A DNA stretch of 64,000 bases, from NCBI RefSeq assembly GCF_004010195.1, contig NC_057752.1, positions 5,141,535-5,205,534 on the forward strand, in the 5' to 3' direction. The notes under the pieces were generated by a model. It did not search any database, was not told where the DNA came from, and saw only the letters and a program-made list of their open reading frames with translations. Below, one piece after another: positions 11,420-24,692 of the stretch. A program made the position numbers and the translations under genes. The DNA is from Chiloscyllium plagiosum (Eukaryota). Position 1 is the stretch's first letter; each line of letters opens with the position of its first letter.

Positions 11420-13354
11420 AAATAAACATCTGGTTAAATGGTCACCCAGTTCTAATGGAGGTTGATACCCAGTGTGCCTGTATCAGTGATCACAGAACTA
11501 GTCTTTAATAAAATTCACTCTGGGCACCAACCCTTAAGTTTGCGTAAGGCCTCAGCTAGACTGAGAACCTATACCAGGGAACCCTTACAGATTAAGGATA
11601 CAACTTTGGTTCTGGTCTCATGTGAGATGCAGCTTTGGTATGTACACATAGTAAAAGGCTCAGGCTTAAGCTTGATGGTGTGAAAGTGGTTCAGGATGAT
11701 TTACCTTGATTGGCTCAACATTTTATGATAAAACATGGTTGTCTCAGTGAAGTCCTAATTAAATGCCTATAAGTTTTTCAGAAGTGTCTACAGACTACCA
11801 AAGAAGACAAGGCCACCTTGCATGTTGACCAGGAAGCAATTCCACGATTCTACAAGACCTCCCCAGTGCTGTTTCCCTTGCATGCAAAAGTAAAGGCAGA
11901 AATCAGGAGGCTGGAAAGTGAAGAAATCATCAAACCAATCTAGTTTGTGGAATGGGCAGCACCGGTTGTACTGATGGTGAAGCCTGATGGATCAGTTTGC
12001 CTTTGTAAAGATTTTAAAAAAACTGCTTCTTGTAGCTGGATTAATACCCAATCCCTCTCAGAGAGGATTTGTATACAAAGCTGGTGCGGGGTAGGGGGGG
12101 GGTGTCCTTCATGAAGCTGGACATGAACCATGTGTACCTGCAATTGTGGTTAGGTGAGGATTCTCATAAGTATGCCACAATTAATGCCCATAAGGTTTGT
12201 AACAATATACGAGACTGCCATTTGGGGCATCATCAGCCTCATCCATCTTTCAGTGGACCATAGAGAATGTTTTTCAAGGTCTATCTCAGGCTCAGGTTGT
12301 CATTTAACTGGATGATGTGTTAATAACAGGGAAAAACCAATAAACAGCACTTCGAGAACTTGGACATCAATGTTTCTCCAAGGCAGGCATATGGTTTAGA
12401 TGGGAAAAATGTGTATTCCAAGCAGCCCAAAATACCAACTTGGTCTACAGAGTCGACAAGACTGGGTTACACCCTTTGGAAGATAAAGTGAGGGTGATCA
12501 AGGGTGCCCTGGCTCCCACGGCTGTACCGGAGTTTAGATCTTTCTTTGGATTGGCGAATTATTACGGAAAGTTCATATATAACCTGACCTCTGTCCGGGC
12601 ACCCTTACATCTACTATTGAAAAAGGGGCAGCCTTGGAAATGGTCTTGTAGATAATACATAGTCTTTAAGGAAGTTGTGTAAGATATTGGCATGCTATGA
12701 TCCTAGTCAAGGTCTGGTTCTGATATGCGATGCTTCCACACACGGTATCGGGGTAGTGTTGGTTTACAGATGGCTCAATGGAGCGGAATGCCCAATAGTT
12801 TATGGTTCCCGGACTTTGGCTCATGTAGAGCGTAAATATGCCCAGACAGAGAAGTAAGGTTTGATGGTCATCTTTGGTGTGAGAAAGTTCCACCAATACC
12901 CTTACAAATATAAATTTGTAACAGTAACAGTCCACAAACTCCTGCCAGAGCTACTCACAGAGGACAGGGCCATGCTGCCCATAGGTTGAATCCAGCAGTA
13001 GGCTCTCCATTCTCTGTGCATACAATTACAAGTTGGAACACCACTGGGGAGGCCGAGTAGCAAATGTGGATGCCTTGAGCCGCCTCCCATTGGCAGATAT
13101 TTCACTGGTGTCACTGCCACTGCAAGAGTTCATTCTGGTTTTAAACTTTCTGGACACCCTTTCGGCCATCACTGACAATATCAGATTATGAACACAAAAA
13201 GATCTGGTCCTGGCAAAACTAAAACAGCTGGTGGTAATGGAGGAAACCAAAGGGCCATCACATCCAGAATTGGAACCTTTCTGGACCCGGTGAGACTAGA
13301 TCACCCTTGAGGATTACATTTTATTGAGGAGCAAGAGTGATTGTCCCGAACAAA
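11420..13354 (+). pseudogene. Gypsy pol remnant (protease, RT, RNase H); integrase core absent
   Basis: WLNGHPVLMEVDT (protease), EWAAPVVLMVKPDGSVCLCKDFK, FMKLDMNHVYLQL and LDDVLITG (RT), RSFFGLANYYGKFI and LVLICDASTHGIGVVL...PIVYGSRTLAHVERKYAQTEK (RNase H). Many stops and frameshifts. Confidence 0.92.
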
Positions 13355-15420
13355 ATTGGGGGGAGGGTGAAATGGCATCAGGAACGTCAATGCTGGACAC
13401 AAGACTCCTCTACGCAAGAGAGACAGTTTACTTCAGGGAACAAAGTTTGGTGTCAAGACCATGGAAATAGCCCTGCATGGAGAAGAGGCGTGGTCGATGC
13501 GAGGTCAGGTCCCATGACACACAAAGTTTGGGTAGATGAGGCTATCCAGAAAAAGCACATGGACCGCATGAAACTTTCAAAATCGCAAACGTGGCAGGAG
13601 CAAAACATATCCTGCTCCTCAGAACAACCGGAAAGGCTGTCAGAACCCATGAGTTCTCCCTCTCTGTCTAGATCAAAGAAATCTTGGAGTTTGAGATGGA
13701 TACGGCAGATGTTGCAGCCTCGATACCTTTACCACTTGAAGAAGAGGATGAATTTCTTCCGAGATGCTCTGAGCACGAGAGGTGGACTATGGTCTAGTAC
13801 ACACTGCCCATATCCAAGGCTGAATTGGATGAGCTGGACCTGGTACAAAAACACCCCTGGAGAGGATATAAGACAAAGAACACAGGCCTACATCCCTGGT
13901 CTTACAGGGGGAGGGATGTAGTGATTGTAACAAGGTCAGCCTGGTGGATCTCTGTCCCTGGAAGGCTCAACGACTCCTGTTTCTGATCGAATGGCCAGTG
14001 GCCCTAGAACAGTATTCCAATGAGAGTCAGTGCCTTCAGAAAGTGAGAAGAAAACATCAGAGAAAATAACAACTCTGGGGAACAGTTCCTGAACTTGAAA
14101 GGGTTGGAGCAGGAAATCAGTCAACGTCCCTGCTCCTGATCGCCAATACTCCAAAAATGCCGACCTGTAAGGACAGGATTAAACAAATTTGTAATGTGAA
14201 CCATAGTTCCATATTCAACCAATATTCAACCAGAGTTTAATTTAAACATACAAAATGGCCACTTAGGGAAGGTACTGGAAAGTGGCTAGGCACCATGGAA
14301 CCATTCCCCAGCATGGATGATTCCTCTAATAAGCGAAGGTGAATGGGAGAAAATCATGAAAGGGAACAGATAATGTTGGAAGCTTTTCTGGACCATACCA
14401 AACCATGGAGATTTACAGCACAGAAGGAAGCCATTCAACCCACCATGCCTGTGCCATCCCTTTCTCAAATAATTGAACTAATTTCACTGCCCCACCATTT
14501 TCCCCAGCCTTGCATCATCTCTTTTCAAACATGGTTTTTTAATGGTACAGGGGTCCCTCCTGCAACCAGTCTATACTCCAATAACCCTCAAAATAATTTT
14601 CCACGATTGTCATTCCTCACTCTCTGAATAATGACTTTAAATGCATTGCCAGCTCAGCAACAAGTTTGTATTGAATCTTATGAAACAAACAAATTAATAC
14701 AAATGTTTTAGACACAGCTAACTTTGTGATCAAAAAGAAATAAAATTAAAACTTTTCATTGTAATTTTAATTAATCTTAGTTAAGGATGCACTTTATTCA
14801 AACTGTATGTATGTAGCTGTTGCACGAAGGAAAAGCAATTCCAAAGCTGAAAGTGAAGGGTTAAAAAAACTTATTTCAAACTATCAGAAATTAATAACTC
14901 TTTTGTAACTAGTTGAGAATAATTGAGCACACTGGACAGATAATTGAGGTTAATTAACCGCAAAGCTTAAGTCTGTAATGTTTTAACCTTAAGTCCCCTG
15001 TGTGCAGTGATAAGGAACAATAGGAGAGGAGCTCAGGCAATGTAAAAATGCTCTCAAATAATTTGGAAGGGTGGATGATTGTGTCTTTAAAAGGGTGAAG
15101 TCGCCTAGCACTTGTATGTTTAAGATTCAGGACTCATTCAGGAGAATAGCACTAGAGTAAGACAAAAGCATTTTGTCTGTCCTGTTGATTGGAAAATTGA
15201 TATGTGGTGTGGAAATACCTGACAAAGGAGGGAGAGGAATAATTCTAAAAAAAACCACACCAGTTCAGTGCACTCTCCTGTGTCCAACTGAAGTATAGGA
15301 AAGCTCCTGGCTTGAGTTAGTTGAAGTATTTGGAAATCTTCAACTTACTATAATGCCTCTGGCTCAAGGTGGTCATCATCAGATGTTCCAACTTCTCTTT
15401 GTTCTATTCTCATGGAAAGT

Positions 15421-15724
15421 ACACATGGTAGCACAGTGGTTAGCACTGCTGCCTCACAGCGCTAGAGACCCGGGTTCAATCCCTGCCTCAGGCAACTATC
15501 TGTGTGGAGTTTGCACATTCTTCCTGTGTCTGGGTGCTCCGGTTTCCTCCCACACTCCAAAAATGTGCAGGTTAGGTGAATTGGCCATGCTAAATTGCCC
15601 GTAGTGTTAGGTGAAGGGGTTAAATATAGGGGAATGGGGCTGGGTGGGTTGCTCTTCGGAGGGTCGGTGTTGGATTTGTTGGGCCGAAGGGCCTGTTTCC
15701 ACACTGTAAGTAGTCTAATCTAAT
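15421..15724 (+). mobile_element. HE1-type V-SINE, full length
   Basis: tRNA-like head (tggtagcacagtggttagcactgctgcctcacagcgctagagacccgggttcaatccc), V-domain, and a tail ending gtctaatctaatc. Confidence 0.93.
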
Positions 15725-15876
15725 CAGATATTGTGCTTGATATTTCTTTTTATAACAAACTAGACTTGGCTTTCAAGTAATTGTGGAAATGTGCAGTTTT
15801 CATATGCAATTTCTGAAAGCGCAGTTCCATTAGCAGCAATGAATACATAGCTTTGCAGTGCGCAATTTTTCATTAA

Positions 15877-16551
15877 ATGTCTGACGCCAACAGGGACAAA
15901 ATCAATTTAACAACGAGTCTCTACAAGTGCTGGTAAACTCATTCATGGAAAGTTGCAATTCTGTACTGATGGGAGAGGCCAGCTCCTAAACATGCAAAGA
16001 AGGCGCCAAGTGTTCGCAATATTATCACTGCCAAAGTGAATGCTCTCTCAACAACTGAGGACCTAGCTGAAGGTCTAGAAGAAGATGCCCGTTTAAAAGA
16101 AAAGTACAAAGGTAAGGATTCAATATTACTGTAAAAGCAGTGCATATATGGATATATGGAATGAACATATGAACATATATGGAACTGAAGGAGAGTGTAG
16201 TTAAAGTTAAAAGCAAACTATACAGGCTCAGATGAATGTTAGCAAGATGCAGCAAATAATGCTTCTGAACCAAAATTGTAGTATTATGTAAATTGCATTA
16301 AACATGCCATGTTGGGGAAAGGGGAGAGAATGTATTGCAGGAAGAACCTCCACAGGCCAAAGTATCCTGACTCAATCCCCTCTTTTGTTTTAAAGGCAAA
16401 ACTGGCATTTCCCCGAAGGGCATGAAATGGAACAAGTGATGGACCCCCTCCCAGACATTCAGGAACTCACTCCATATGAGGAAGCTATGGTTGATTTATT
16501 CGGGAGGGAGAGTTGGGACAGTGGAGATTGGAGGGGAGCGCAGAACTGCTG
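15877..16551 (+). pseudogene. Decayed spliced Myb/SANT-like DNA-binding gene (Harbinger transposon second gene)
   Basis: Across frameshifts: FNNESLQVLVNSFME, DGR/RPAPKHAKKA, ITAKVNALSTT/RT*LKV*KKM, donor AG|GTAAG at 16111/16112, acceptor ttttgttttaaag at 16395, AKLAFPRRA*NGTSDGPP/PDIQELTPYEEAMVDLFG, donor G|GTATGT at 16551/16552. Confidence 0.7.
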
Positions 16552-17644
16552 GTATGTACTATATTACTCATATATTCTATGATTGCACGGTGTGTTACGT
16601 CAACATGTCCATTAGCACTAATTCTGCACAAGCGCATAATAGTGCATGCAATGGCAAAATAGGACACAACTGGATGTGTGCTGAAGTACTCCTAATGTGC
16701 AATTAGCTCTGTCCACAGAGCGTATGGATTATCAACTGCACCAGAAGAGCACTACAAGCATAAGCACTTTCATCACTCCCAGTTAAACTGGATATCAGCA
16801 CAAATGTACCTACCAATGGGAGACAAATTCTACTGGTCAGCAAGAAAGAAAGCACTGGTGAAGAGTGGATATATGGATATGAGTGGATATGGGGAGCCAC
16901 CTGTTAGGGTGCAGCTTCAGCATATTTTGTGCCCCTATGGGGTTGCATGAAATGCAGACCAGTGTGGGCCTCATGTCAAACAGTACAACACTGCAATGTG
17001 GACTAATCTGCCTCCTTACACATACCAGTGAAAGGTGGTTTGGGTTGTATGGAACAGCTAAATACTTGTGTATCCCATGTAAGTGACATCATGGAGCACA
17101 TTTATAGACTGCAATTTGACATGGTTAATGGCAATAGCAGTGGTGCCTGCAGAGTTGACATCCAATTATGAATACACCTATTCTTGCTCCGGAGGCTTTG
17201 TTCTACATAGGTTCTACAAAGTTCATAGATGCTCAGTGTGCTATACTCATTCAGATCAGTAGGCATCATGAGAAGCGGTACCAGTGATATTTGTGGAGTA
17301 GCACAAGAACAACTGGTTGGAGCTCATGTCAGTGGCAGTTGTGTGCTATTGTGTAACCATTGGTGCTACCTCTGATAGTGACTATGGTGACTTGGCACTG
17401 ATGCAGAGAGTTAGTAACAGTTACAAGTCATGAACTTTCTGGAACCCTCTCAGTTCACTAGATGGGTACACAGCCACTCACCAATAATATTCTCCGAATG
17501 GCATAAGACACACTGACAACCCACAAGGAATGTGACATATGTGGCAAATACATTGGTACTATACCACTTGAATAAAATGTTTTTACTTTCAGTGTGTTGC
17601 AGACTCATTATTTTGCTATGCGCAAACTAAAACAAAAGCTGTGA

Positions 17645-17790
17645 AGAGCCTAAGTAGGTGACAGGGCTTGTGATGTAGTAGGTGTCTTATGAAATTACCA
17701 GTGGTGGTGTGCATTCTTCCTTCATGTTTTCACAGACTAGATGGTCCTCTTTGGTCAATGAGCTTGACCAAGACTGGGTAGATGACCATT
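17645..17790 (-). pseudogene. Possible trace of a HARBI1-like transposase N-terminus, convergent on the Myb/SANT gene
   Basis: Minus-strand fragments YP...NMKEECTPPLVIS*DT...IT-CHLLR resemble the M.EE.C.RRLR.S.E.V..LCHLL segment of Harbinger transposases. Very decayed. Confidence 0.3.
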
Positions 17791-19429
17791 ATGTGCTCCA
17801 CTTGATGAAAAAGAGTCACTGCTGAGTTGTACATCTCGTCTGCACTCTTGACCCACCCTTTCTTCCTCCATTGTGTTCTGGCTGACACACTTACGTTCTC
17901 AGGCAGGAAACTGCACTGCTCAATTCTGCCCCTGCTGTGTTGATATTTCCATTTGATGTTCTTTATTAAGTTCTCTGAAACCATGTCTGACGTGATGTAA
18001 ATATCACTTTTCAATTTCACCTTGCAGCTGTAGAATGATGTCCAAATTCATAACTTTTTATAGTCTTTGCTAATCAAAAATGACCCTTATTCCTCCCTGT
18101 CTTTCAATATTTTTTTAAAAACCATTTTTCAAGCAGAGAGGAACAGGGTTGATTAAAAACATTTAAAACTTAGTGCTAAAATTAGCAAGCACAGCAATGT
18201 TTTTCCCTGAGTGAGTCAGATTCTGTTCTAATGCCCCCTAAGGTCAAAGCCTGTTGACACTCCCTGTCCAAGCTCACATGAACAACATCCACCTGAGCCT
18301 GAGGAACTGGGAGGTGCCTGTGGAACTATGGGGAGATAATGAACTTTAAAACGTTTGCCTGTTGGTAAATCCACTGCTCATTGTGGTATTGAATCTGCAT
18401 ACCAGGAAAGTCCCATGTCTCATGTCTGGACTGTATGGAGTCATTCAAACAGCTTTCAGGGCTACTACAATTAATCTCTACAACCGTGGGCCAGGGAGTA
18501 GGTTATGGTGCCAGAAATCAATCCTGGTTCCTGCTGGAATATATATCCAAGTGAGTATTGGGCAAGGAGAGATTTGGATTTGGCAGAAAATCAAGTTAAA
18601 TAACCTGATGATACTTTGTCTAGAATAATGGATAAAGACTTTGCTCAGATCTGGGCCCCCATACCACAAGCTTCAGTTTGGGAGAATGACTAAATGGAAT
18701 TGTGAATTTATAGTTAATTATATATTGAAAATCTTTGTATGATAGATAAGCTGCGTATCTGTTCTATCTCTTTTATCTGTGTACTGCATGCTTGCAGGAT
18801 ACAAGCAAGGATACATTTTCTTTATTCTGGAACTCAGAGTATGCATGGCCCTTGAAGTTTCGTCCTAGCATTTGTTTTCCAAAATTCAGATTATTTTGAA
18901 CTAGCAATGTCAGGCTTGGCTGGCGTGCTGTCATTTTAACCCCATGAATTTGCAGTTCTGGGTTGTACCTTTTCAAACTTGCACACCTGGGTGTGGGTGT
19001 GACTGGTTTCCATATTAAGTTCCGTTTCATCGTGACTAGTTTATGTGCTCCCAACCGAAGAATTGTGACATTGGGTGGGCTTGTTATAAAATATAACAAG
19101 CTCAACAAAGAGTATTCACTAGAAACTCAATTGGTGTATGAAATCTGATGATGGATTATAATTATAATATAACAGTAATGCACCCAGTGTATTATCCAAT
19201 TGACACGGAGATCAAGTAGAGTACAATCCTCATTTGGACAGGGATAACTGTTAATGAAACTTGGCTTTGAAATAAAATACTTCAGGAATATGAGTTTTAA
19301 TATTTTATTTCTAGACTGATGTGTGCATTGGACTTGTGGAAGTTTTACTTGCTAGTTCAGGCCTGGATTCAATCTTGGGTAGTTGCCTTTTTCCAGCTTG
19401 GCTTAATTGGCAGCAACAGCCTTAAATTA

Positions 19430-19770
19430 GAGGATTGTTCACCACTTGAGTATTTCACATAAATCTGGGATAGCGATGAGGAGATGCCGGATTGTCTGAG
19501 GAACCATTCCTTGGATTAAATTTTTTTTAAAAATTGCCTACCTGTTTATGTGAATGTCAAATACTTTAAAAGGAGCAATTTTCCTTGCGTCCAGGTCAGG
19601 ACTTTTTTTTCAGTCAAAAGCAGACTAATTGATTATCTATTTAATTGATGTTATGAAATCTTGTTATGCGCAAATTGGCTGCTGCATTTGCTATTACAAT
19701 GGCATTTTGGAAGTGCTGTGAGTGGTTTGAGGTGTGATAAGGTGCTGTATAAATGCAAACCCTCACTTCC
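19430..19770 (+). mobile_element. Deu-domain SINE, strongly decayed
   Basis: 3' part (tgttatgaaatcttgttatgcgcaaattggctgctgcatttgctattacaat...ggtgctgtataaatgcaaacc) matches the tails of the copies at 23235 and 63335. Confidence 0.55.
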
Positions 19771-19806
19771 TTATGTATTAAAGTTTCTATCAGGTTTTTT
19801 CCACTT

Positions 19807-20312
19807 ATAGAGCCATGGAGCTGTACAGCATGAAAGCAGACATTTTGGTCCAACTCATCCATGCTGACCAGATATTCTAAATTAATCTAGTCCCATGTGC
19901 CAGCATTAGGCCCATATCCCTCGAAACCCTTCTTACTCATATTCCCATCCAGCTTCCTCCACTTCCTCTGGCAGCTCATTCCATACATGCACCACCCTCT
20001 GTGAAAAAGTTGCCCCATAGGTTCATTTTATATCTCTCCCCTCTCACCCTAAACCTATGCCCTCTAGTTCTGGACTCCTCTACCCTGGGGAAAAGATCTT
20101 GTCTATGTGCCCTATCCATGCCCCTTGTGATTTTATAAACCTGTGTAAGGTCACCCCTCAACGTCTGATGCTCCAAGGAAAATAGCTCCAGCTTATTCAG
20201 CCTCTCCCTACAGCTCAAACCCTCCAACCCAGACAACATCATTGTAAATCTTTTCTGAACCTTTTCAAGTTTAACAACATCTTTCCTATAGCAGGGAGAT
20301 CAGAATTGAACT
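19807..20312 (-). mobile_element. 5'-truncated CR1 LINE fragment
   Basis: ORF 19976-20242 (GLEGLSCRERLNKLELFSLEHQTLRGDL...SRTRGHRFRVRGE) plus the CR1 3' UTR. Confidence 0.92.
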
Positions 20313-20356
20313 TGACAAGTATTAATGAGCAGAAAGAAATTTCAATGTCTTTGGTT

Positions 20357-20676
20357 GGCACAGTGGCTCAGTAGTGAGCATTGCTACCTGACAGCTCCAG
20401 ATTCCAAGTTTCATTCCAGCTTTGGGTGACTGTCTGTGTAGAGTTTGCATATTCTCCCTGTGTCTATGCAGGTTTCCTCCCACAGACCAAAGATGGGCAG
20501 GTTAGGCGTATTGGCCATAATAATTTTATCATAGTGTTTAGGGATGTACAGGCTAAGTAGATTAGCTTAGGTGAATGTGGGGTTAGAGGGATAGGGTAGG
20601 GTCTGGGTCTGGGTGGGATGCTCTTCAGAGGGTCGTTGCAGACTTGATTGGCCAAATGGCCTGTTATCACACTTTA
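20357..20676 (+). mobile_element. HE1-type V-SINE
   Basis: ggcacagtggctcagtagtgagcattgctacc head, V-domain tgtgtagagtttgcatattctccctgtgtctatgcaggtttcctcccacag, and a CR1-like tail. Confidence 0.88.
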
Positions 20677-22220
20677 GAGAAGATGTAACTTTGTTCATTC
20701 CTGAAATGTATGATTCTATATGTGGTGTAATATTGGAATGAAAACTTGTTGGGTTTCTACAGTCTTGCGTTTCTGCAGTCATATATACCAAAAAAATGTC
20801 TTAATTTCCCTTTGGATGGGAAGATGCACCTTCAATATCCAGTCCATGCTTTGTTAGCTAACCTCTGCTGCGGGAGCAATTAATGTACAAAACTTAACTT
20901 CCTCTAACTCCTGGTTGAGAAGTGCAGTAGAAACAAATTCTTCTTGATCATTGCACAGTGGCTTTTGCAGGCATGGGTGAATAAGTGAATATTGGACAGA
21001 TACACAACTGGATTTGGTAAACCCCTCCCTGGTTTTCAGTTGGATAGTTTTCTCAGATTCAGTCATCCTTTTGACTCTGTGAGTAAGGCATTAGTGATAT
21101 GAGTTGGCATCTTGAGGGGAGAAAACTGAGAGAGGCATAAACCTAATCCACATTGAGGGAAGCAATACTGTTTTAGTAAAATTTAAGCAGTTGTCATCTT
21201 CATTGTCTGTTGGAAATGATAATAATGTGACTCACTCTCCAATTTACCTAATGTAAATATGCACCTAATACCTGTTTGCATCCTTCCCCACACAATAAAC
21301 ACCAACTGAGGATAAGAAATTCAAGGGATCAACTGCAAGCATGGTACAGTGTTTTGATTACCAATGCATTCCTGTTTTACCAGGTACTTGCGTATTGTTT
21401 TAAATTAGGGAAAAAAAAAACCTCGAACGATTGTTGGCCCATGTCAATATTTACGGGCTTCCTGCTGTGATAATCAGTGATGGAAGGTGGAATTCTGCGA
21501 TCATAGCTGTACATATTCCAAAAAATAGCAGAAATTGAATCTTGTAATCAAAATTCTGACTGACAGCTAAACTATAACTTCAAACTCAGCACTTCCTGTT
21601 TCCCTCTCCTCCCCATCTCTTCATTTTCAGACTGTGATGTTTGTGACGATGTTAATTGTTTCAATGGTCTATTTTGCAGAAAGAATAGAATGGGACAATT
21701 CCTTAATACTTTTACTAAGAATCATCACGCAGCTAACCCAGTCCACCTGATGGCAAAATGTTTCTCCATTACTTGTCTGAGGTATAATGGTACCAATTGG
21801 AGGCTGGAAATGATGAAAGATAGGGAGGGGGCAAGCTGTGGCATGATTTTACAAAAGGCTCAATTTTAAAATCAAGGCTTGTGTAACTGGGAGCTACAGT
21901 CGGTCAGCAAGCAGGAATTAATGGATGACTGGAACTTGGTGTGAGTTAAGATACCGAATGGAGAGTTTTGAATGGCCTCAAATTCAACAAGAGTGAAAAT
22001 CAGAAACTATTCAGGAGTGCATTAGGGTGGTCACATCCAGGGGTAACAAAAATGCAGGTAAAAGTTTCTGAGGTAGGGGTGGAGTGATGGTGTGGATATG
22101 TGCTTGCTAAACTAGGAAAACAGTTGCAGACCATGAGTTTCAAAGCAACATCTCAATTACAGACCAGTTGGCGTTTCTGTGTTTGGGTACTGCAAGTTTA
22201 GAAATAACTCATCTGTCTGA

Positions 22221-22712
<492 letters not shown>

Positions 22713-23234
22713 TAGATGGACAAATAGTTTGACAAGATGTCCTGTTCGCACATGGAGAATGGGTAAGGTACCAGAGCTGCTGGTCCCATCACAGGAGAAG
22801 AAAATAGGCAAACTTGAGCCTACATTATCGGCCTTCTACTGCATCAGCGATGGAAGGTGTCAACCTCTAGAATGAAGTAACATGGATTTGCTCCTAAAAC
22901 TCATCACGTGGCGTTCTTCCATTCTGAACAGATGGTGGAGCAAAGCGCTGTATCCTCCCATTATGAAGGATGCAAGAATGGTAAACGATTCACCCTGAAC
23001 TGTTATGAAAAGCAGTTTGCCCTACTCCAGTGGGGGAATTATGTGATACAAGACCATAAAAAGAAATGAACTAAGGTGGATTAAGGAATTTCTTTTTGTA
23101 CTTTTGGCAATCTAACTGTAGTTAATGAAATTTCAGTTGTGTTCTGAATTAATCAAGAATATATAAATGCTTCTGTTATCTGCAATCAGCAACCTTTTCT
23201 TGTGGAGCCTCTTGTGATAGACATGGTCACAATT

Positions 23235-23660
23235 GTGAACACTCTCATTTTGGAAAGTGTAGTTATGGCTTCAAGTTCCACTTTGAGAAATGTTAGTATA
23301 TAATCAAAGCTGAGACCTCAGTACTGAGGGAGAGCTGCACTGTCTGAGGTGCCATCTTTTGGATGAGATGTTAAAGTAAGTGGCGATCTGCCATTGATTG
23401 GACCTAAAAGATCCACTCACAATGTTAGGAAGAACAGCAGGTGAGTTCTTTCCCAATGTCAACATTTATCCCGAAACTAACATCAGTAAAGTCAATCTTC
23501 TGATTGTGTATTTTGTTGTTTGTGGGATCTGCTGTATGCAAATTGGCTGCTACACTTCCTGCATTACAATAGATATGACACTTTCAAACCACTACATTGG
23601 CTGTGAAGCACTTTAGAATGTTATAAAGACATGAAAGATCCAATTAAATATATGCTTTTT
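23235..23660 (+). mobile_element. Deu-domain SINE (SacSINE1/AmnSINE1-like)
   Basis: Well-preserved core cagtactgagggagagctgcactgtctgaggtgccatcttttggatgagatgttaaag...taaaagatcc, with a tRNA-like head and the characteristic tail. Confidence 0.8.
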
Positions 23661-24479
23661 TTCATTCTTTAGATGGACAGCTTTGTTCAGGATGGCTGGA
23701 ATAAGGGGAAAAATGCACATAACCGGGGAAATGTTCACCTTATGCTCTTATGCCTACTATGTAGTGTAACTGAGTTTCATATAACTTTTTTGACATCCCC
23801 AAAATTTTCACAAGACACACCAGTAACGTAGTGTCCTGGTTGCTGACATAATTAAAAATTAATTCCTAATTTTATTTTTCCCTCTTATAAGCCAAAAATC
23901 AGCTTCCTTGGAGATCATTTTTCTTAATTTCTTTTTTTTTGTTGCCTCGATCTTTTTGTATTTTATTGACAGGCATTCTGTATATTTTATAAATCAAAGC
24001 ATATTCCCTTAAAATATTTTGTTTGTATTTTATCCTTGCTGCAGCAGGGTACAACCACAATATCCAGATATTCAGAGATTAACTTTGCCATGCTTACAAA
24101 TGTACTTTTATGAGGCATGTTTGCTCTGAGAACCTTGATATCTCATTAGTGAATGGTATATGGTGCTGGCAGTTAAGCTGACTGGCATCTGAGGAGGTGA
24201 TTTCTTCAGAATAAAAACCTTTGTAGTCAGAGCCGTAAGCCACTGGGATACTGAGGTTATCTGATTAGTAGCCAGGCCATTCAGCCTGTAAGCGTCCTAG
24301 TTCAATTTCCTTGAAAGGTCATTTGGAGTAGTGATGGAACATTACAATTTGTTTCAGAGCCCTGGATTAGCTATTTTCTAATAAACCTGTTCAGCAATCT
24401 TATTATACTCTATAAAGCGGGTGGGACTTAAACCCGGGCCTCCTGGCTCAGAGGTAGGATCACTACCACAAGATCCCTA

Positions 24480-24692
24480 AATGTAAAGTTGCCATAGTCC
24501 TAGTGGACCATAGAACTGCTCTCTTATTAGAGACAGATGACTAGTGGTGAGTTTAACTGGGGGCCATCACATCCCAGGCAAGGTTGAGAGGGCAGGACCT
24601 TCATGATCTTCAGAACATCAACTGAACCCACGCAGTTGCCCCCACTCTGCACCGCAAATCAGCCATCCAACCAACTGAGCTAATCAACTCCA
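24480..24692 (-). mobile_element. tRNA-derived SINE (MetaSINE-like)
   Basis: Reverse complement of the family at 43500-43720 (tagctcagttggttgga head; gttaaactcaccactagtcatctgtctctaataagagagcag). Confidence 0.65.

Larger units (their letters stand above)
5688..13952 (+). mobile_element. Ty3/Gypsy LTR retrotransposon, decayed, with nested insertions
   Basis: Split 5' LTR (5688-5800 + 9289-9411), PBS-like tggtgatgagg (9413-9423), gag, protease, RT and RNase H remnants, polypurine tract at 13906-13916, and the start of a 3' LTR (tgtagtgattgtaacaaggtcagcc at 13917) matching the 5' LTR start. Confidence 0.9.

Noticed and set aside
15421..15490. tRNA-like sequence (also at ~10040-10107, ~20357 and ~43505)
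   Set aside because: These are SINE heads continuing into SINE bodies, not stand-alone tRNA genes.
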